Source: Chrysomallon squamiferum
Taxonomy: Eukaryota; Animalia; Mollusca
Reading direction: 5' to 3'
Assembly: GCA_012295275.1 (NCBI GenBank)
Contig: CM022668.1
Span: 15,190,001 to 15,254,000 of the forward strand
Length of the DNA: 64,000 nt
Positions within the stretch are counted from its first letter, which is position 1. Every line of letters begins with the position of its first letter. This document shows positions 60,417 through 64,000 of this stretch, in pieces. The position numbers and the translations under genes are program-made. The notes beneath the pieces were generated by a model, which was given only the letters and a program-made list of their open reading frames with translations, searched no databases and was not told the origin of the DNA.

Positions 60417-62345
60417 AGTGAGTGTGTATCTGTCTGTGTGTATGTGTGTACGTATGTGTTTCATTATTACTAGAAAATTAATAATAAACAAAACCAGTTT
60501 ATCACTACATTTTTCCAATACATTTCTTCAGTATCATTTTGTCTTTTATGCTGATAAAAAAATTTAAAAATCTTAAAAAAAAAAAAAAATCCCAAAATCT
60601 TTACAAAGGTGTAGTAGCCGATAATGAAAAGTTTGAAGAAAATATTAAAATTTTTCACCTTTACCAGAAAACTCGATAATGTTTAGTTTCGTTTATTCCG
60701 TGGTTCACATCTGCTGCAAAATCTCAAAAAAATTAAAAATAAAAATAATAATAATAAAGAAATAAAGAAAAAAAAAATAAAAAAAATAATAAAGAAATAT
60801 TATAATGTAAACTGCGTATATAATAACGATCGATAGAAATTATGGAAAGCTAAAAATTATAATAATAAAAATAATAATAATAAAATTTAAAAAAGAAGAA
60901 TGACAAGAAGAACAAAATAAAAAAAAAGATTTAAAAATATATATATATTAATAATAATGATGAACATAAAATAAACGAATATATAATTAGAAAAAAAATC
61001 AAAATTAATAATAAAATGTAAAAGAAAAGAAAGATAACAGTCAGAAAAGAAAGAAAGAAAGAAAGAAAGAAAGAAAAAAGAAAAGGAAAAAAGGAAAAAA
61101 GAAAAAAGAAAAGAAAGAAAAGGAAAAGAAAAAAAGAAATTATAATAATCTTGTTGGAACTAATTTATAATCTGAATTAGCAGTGGTAATTTCTTCTTCT
61201 TTTTTTTTTGTGGGGTTTGTTTGTTTATTTATTTATTTATTTATTTATTTATTTTAATGTTCTCCCACGTCAACCTTCATCAGCTGTTGAATTGTAACGT
61301 TCGGTCGCTTCATATTTTAGCGAAACATATTATCCGAAGAACCGTCATAATTATATGAATATTCATATTTTCACCTCTTTTTATTTTTTATTTTTATTTT
61401 ATTTTTTTTAATCCACATGAACCGCTGGAGTCAGTGGGTGGAACTGTTTTTAAATTTCAAGAATTTTAATTTAAACGCTTTCACTAGAGATAAGGGTAAT
61501 CTGTTTCACAGTACTTACATAATCTACACACTTGAATTGACAACCTCTGCCTCGCTACTGTTTTCAATCTCCTTATAATATTCATCAGCGAGTTATAGTT
61601 GTTTTTGTTTTTTTTGTTTATTTGTTGTAGTTGTTTGTTTGTTTTGGGGATTTGGGGGGTTTGTTTGGTTCTTGTTGTTTGTATATTGTTATATTTGGGG
61701 GAGTGTTTGTTTGTTTATTGTTTTTAGATTTCGTCAAATAATTTACGATGTTCATTTTCAACTGATTTTATTTTTCTTAAAACGTGTTTTAATCAAGACA
61801 TTTTGTTGTCTTCTTTTACAGTATTAATTAATTACCTATTTCTTAACAGTTAAAAACAAGCTATTACTTATACTGTTTGTAATTTAGAACAATGTCTTCC
61901 AGTTATAACATTCATTTTAATATTATCATTAATATTTTAAACCTTAGCTCTACTTATAACCTGCAGTATGAAACGTACAATTTAAAACTGTTTATATTCT
62001 GAACAAACACGTTTTAATTAAAATATACTATTGCTTACATTTTTTCCAATAATTAATTAATCATTTTCGCAACATCCAGCATGTACAGTTTTATACTCGT
62101 CGAAATCTGCATCAACGTATTTCAGTTAAGAAAATTTCGATTCTTTAAATTTTTGTGATTTAAAAAAAAAAAAAAAAAAAATTTTTTATTTTTTTTTTTT
62201 ATGCTCGCGCCATGAAATCCTTTTTCATTTTTAAATGGCTTGTAATCTACCTCAATCCGTTACAAGCAAACAAGCACAGAAGTCTATTACCTTTTCTCAG
62301 CAGACACACCATAAACTCCCAATAAAACAGCTTACCGTCCTCATA

Positions 62346-62383
<38 letters not shown>

Positions 62384-62631
62384 AAAAATATAATAAAAAA
62401 AATAAAAGTATTTTCCACGGTTAAATTTAGATCGTTCTGTTTCGAGGTAAGGTTTAGGCTGCTTATAGCCAAAAGTTGCCCGAACGTATTGAGAATTTCC
62501 CTTCAATTACCCTACTCGGGTGTTTTTTCTAAAGCCGTTCCGCATCTTCTATTTGAAGTCAGTCGACCGTGAAAATAGCCACCCGACTCCCAGATCTTAG
62601 TTAAATATAAGATGCCCGAAGCCAATTTTTA

Positions 62632-62663
<32 letters not shown>

Positions 62664-63379
62664 AGAGGACAGAATGACGAACGTGTTTGTAAGCTTTTTT
62701 TTTTTTTTTTTTTCAAATTAATTTCGGGCTTGAGGTGCAAAACAGTGTCTAAAGCTTAGTGAGAATATAATAAATAAATATATGTATCTATTAATACGAT
62801 CAGCTTAATACAGATATTTATAAAAGTTTAACTGTATAATTGAATAATGATATGATAAAGCAAACTGTAATGTTTAATAATAATATACAAATCTAACTAA
62901 GTGTAATATAACTGTAAAGTTAATCATAATATATAAAATATCTGTCTGTAAAGTTTATAATGATAATTTAAAAAATCTAGCTTGAATGGATGTGTCTCAT
63001 AAATAGTATCTTTAACTAGCAAAGCTTATAAAGGGTATGCATTTTATATATATAACAATTTGTTCTAAATGATTCAATCTTAAACTCTTTTAAAATCTTA
63101 TAAGTAATACAACAATCTAAAATGCTTGTTGTCTCACAAAGATTTCAGACAGTAATTGTATAAAACTTAATAATGTAAGAATATCAATGGTTTTTGCCTC
63201 TTAAATAGGTCAAACAGTATCTGAAGCTTGACTGTTTTATAAAAATCCATATGTGAACCAGTGGCTGTCCAGATTATTAAGAACAGTATGCAAATAATGA
63301 TAGTAACTGTATAAAAATATAATTTTACATAGTTGTAATAAATGCATATACAGTTTTATAGAAAAGACAATATGTGTGC

Positions 63380-63418
<39 letters not shown>

Positions 63419-63420
63419 TA

Positions 63421-63506
<86 letters not shown>

Positions 63507-64000
63507 TTGTTTAAATATGTATGTGCTTATTTATATATATATAAAAGACAATATTAAGCATATGATTTATGTATATGAGAATTTTTTTTATAAATAAATA
63601 AATAAAATATTAAAACCAAATTCAGAAGTATTTATGTATATAAATTCAAGGCTTCTATATCTGTAAATAAATATAAAACTTAAAATACATAAAAAGACTC
63701 TTGAATATAAAAATGTATACAAAAATAATTAAGATAAAAAAAACTCAGTAAAATGTGATGCAGTTATAAAAATATCAAATACGCACACACACTTATATGC
63801 ACGTGCGTGCACGCTAATACACACATACGTACAAGTATTTAAGTACACATACTTACACGACCACACACGCAAATACCTACACGAACACGCAAATCAAATA
63901 GAAAAAAAAATAAATCGTTACTAAAGAAAATACATCGGATCAAATATATGCTAATTCATTTAAATAGGGAACTAACGACGTGAATATTCTAGAGGATGCA

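Overview
Eukaryotic, very AT-rich, microsatellite-saturated animal DNA; the style resembles a mollusc-type invertebrate, but the taxon cannot be determined from this window. Nearly all ORFs in the supplied track are translations of simple repeats. One complete spliced gene can be assembled by hand on the + strand: four coding exons (27307-27367, 28632-28755, 29312-29448, 30138-30424; 609 nt, 202 aa). It encodes a single-pass type I membrane protein with a signal peptide, a six-cysteine C*C*CC*CC ectodomain of the Shisa-like/WBP1/VOPP1 type, and an atypical cytoplasmic tail. This gene and a candidate minus-strand first exon lie in an ~8 kb segment bracketed by a ~375 bp high-identity inverted repeat (22938-23309 and 31305-31681). 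The two copies differ mainly where the left copy holds a candidate 29-nt minus-strand micro-exon. A second gene probably starts at a CpG-rich promoter near 53.4-53.6 kb, with a first coding exon at 54260-54343 (product not recognised). The rest comprises CpG-rich promoter/enhancer-like islands, an 87-bp dispersed repeat attached to (CT)n tracts, degenerate minisatellites and many microsatellites. No rRNA, tRNA, CRISPR array or transposase/reverse transcriptase ORF was seen.
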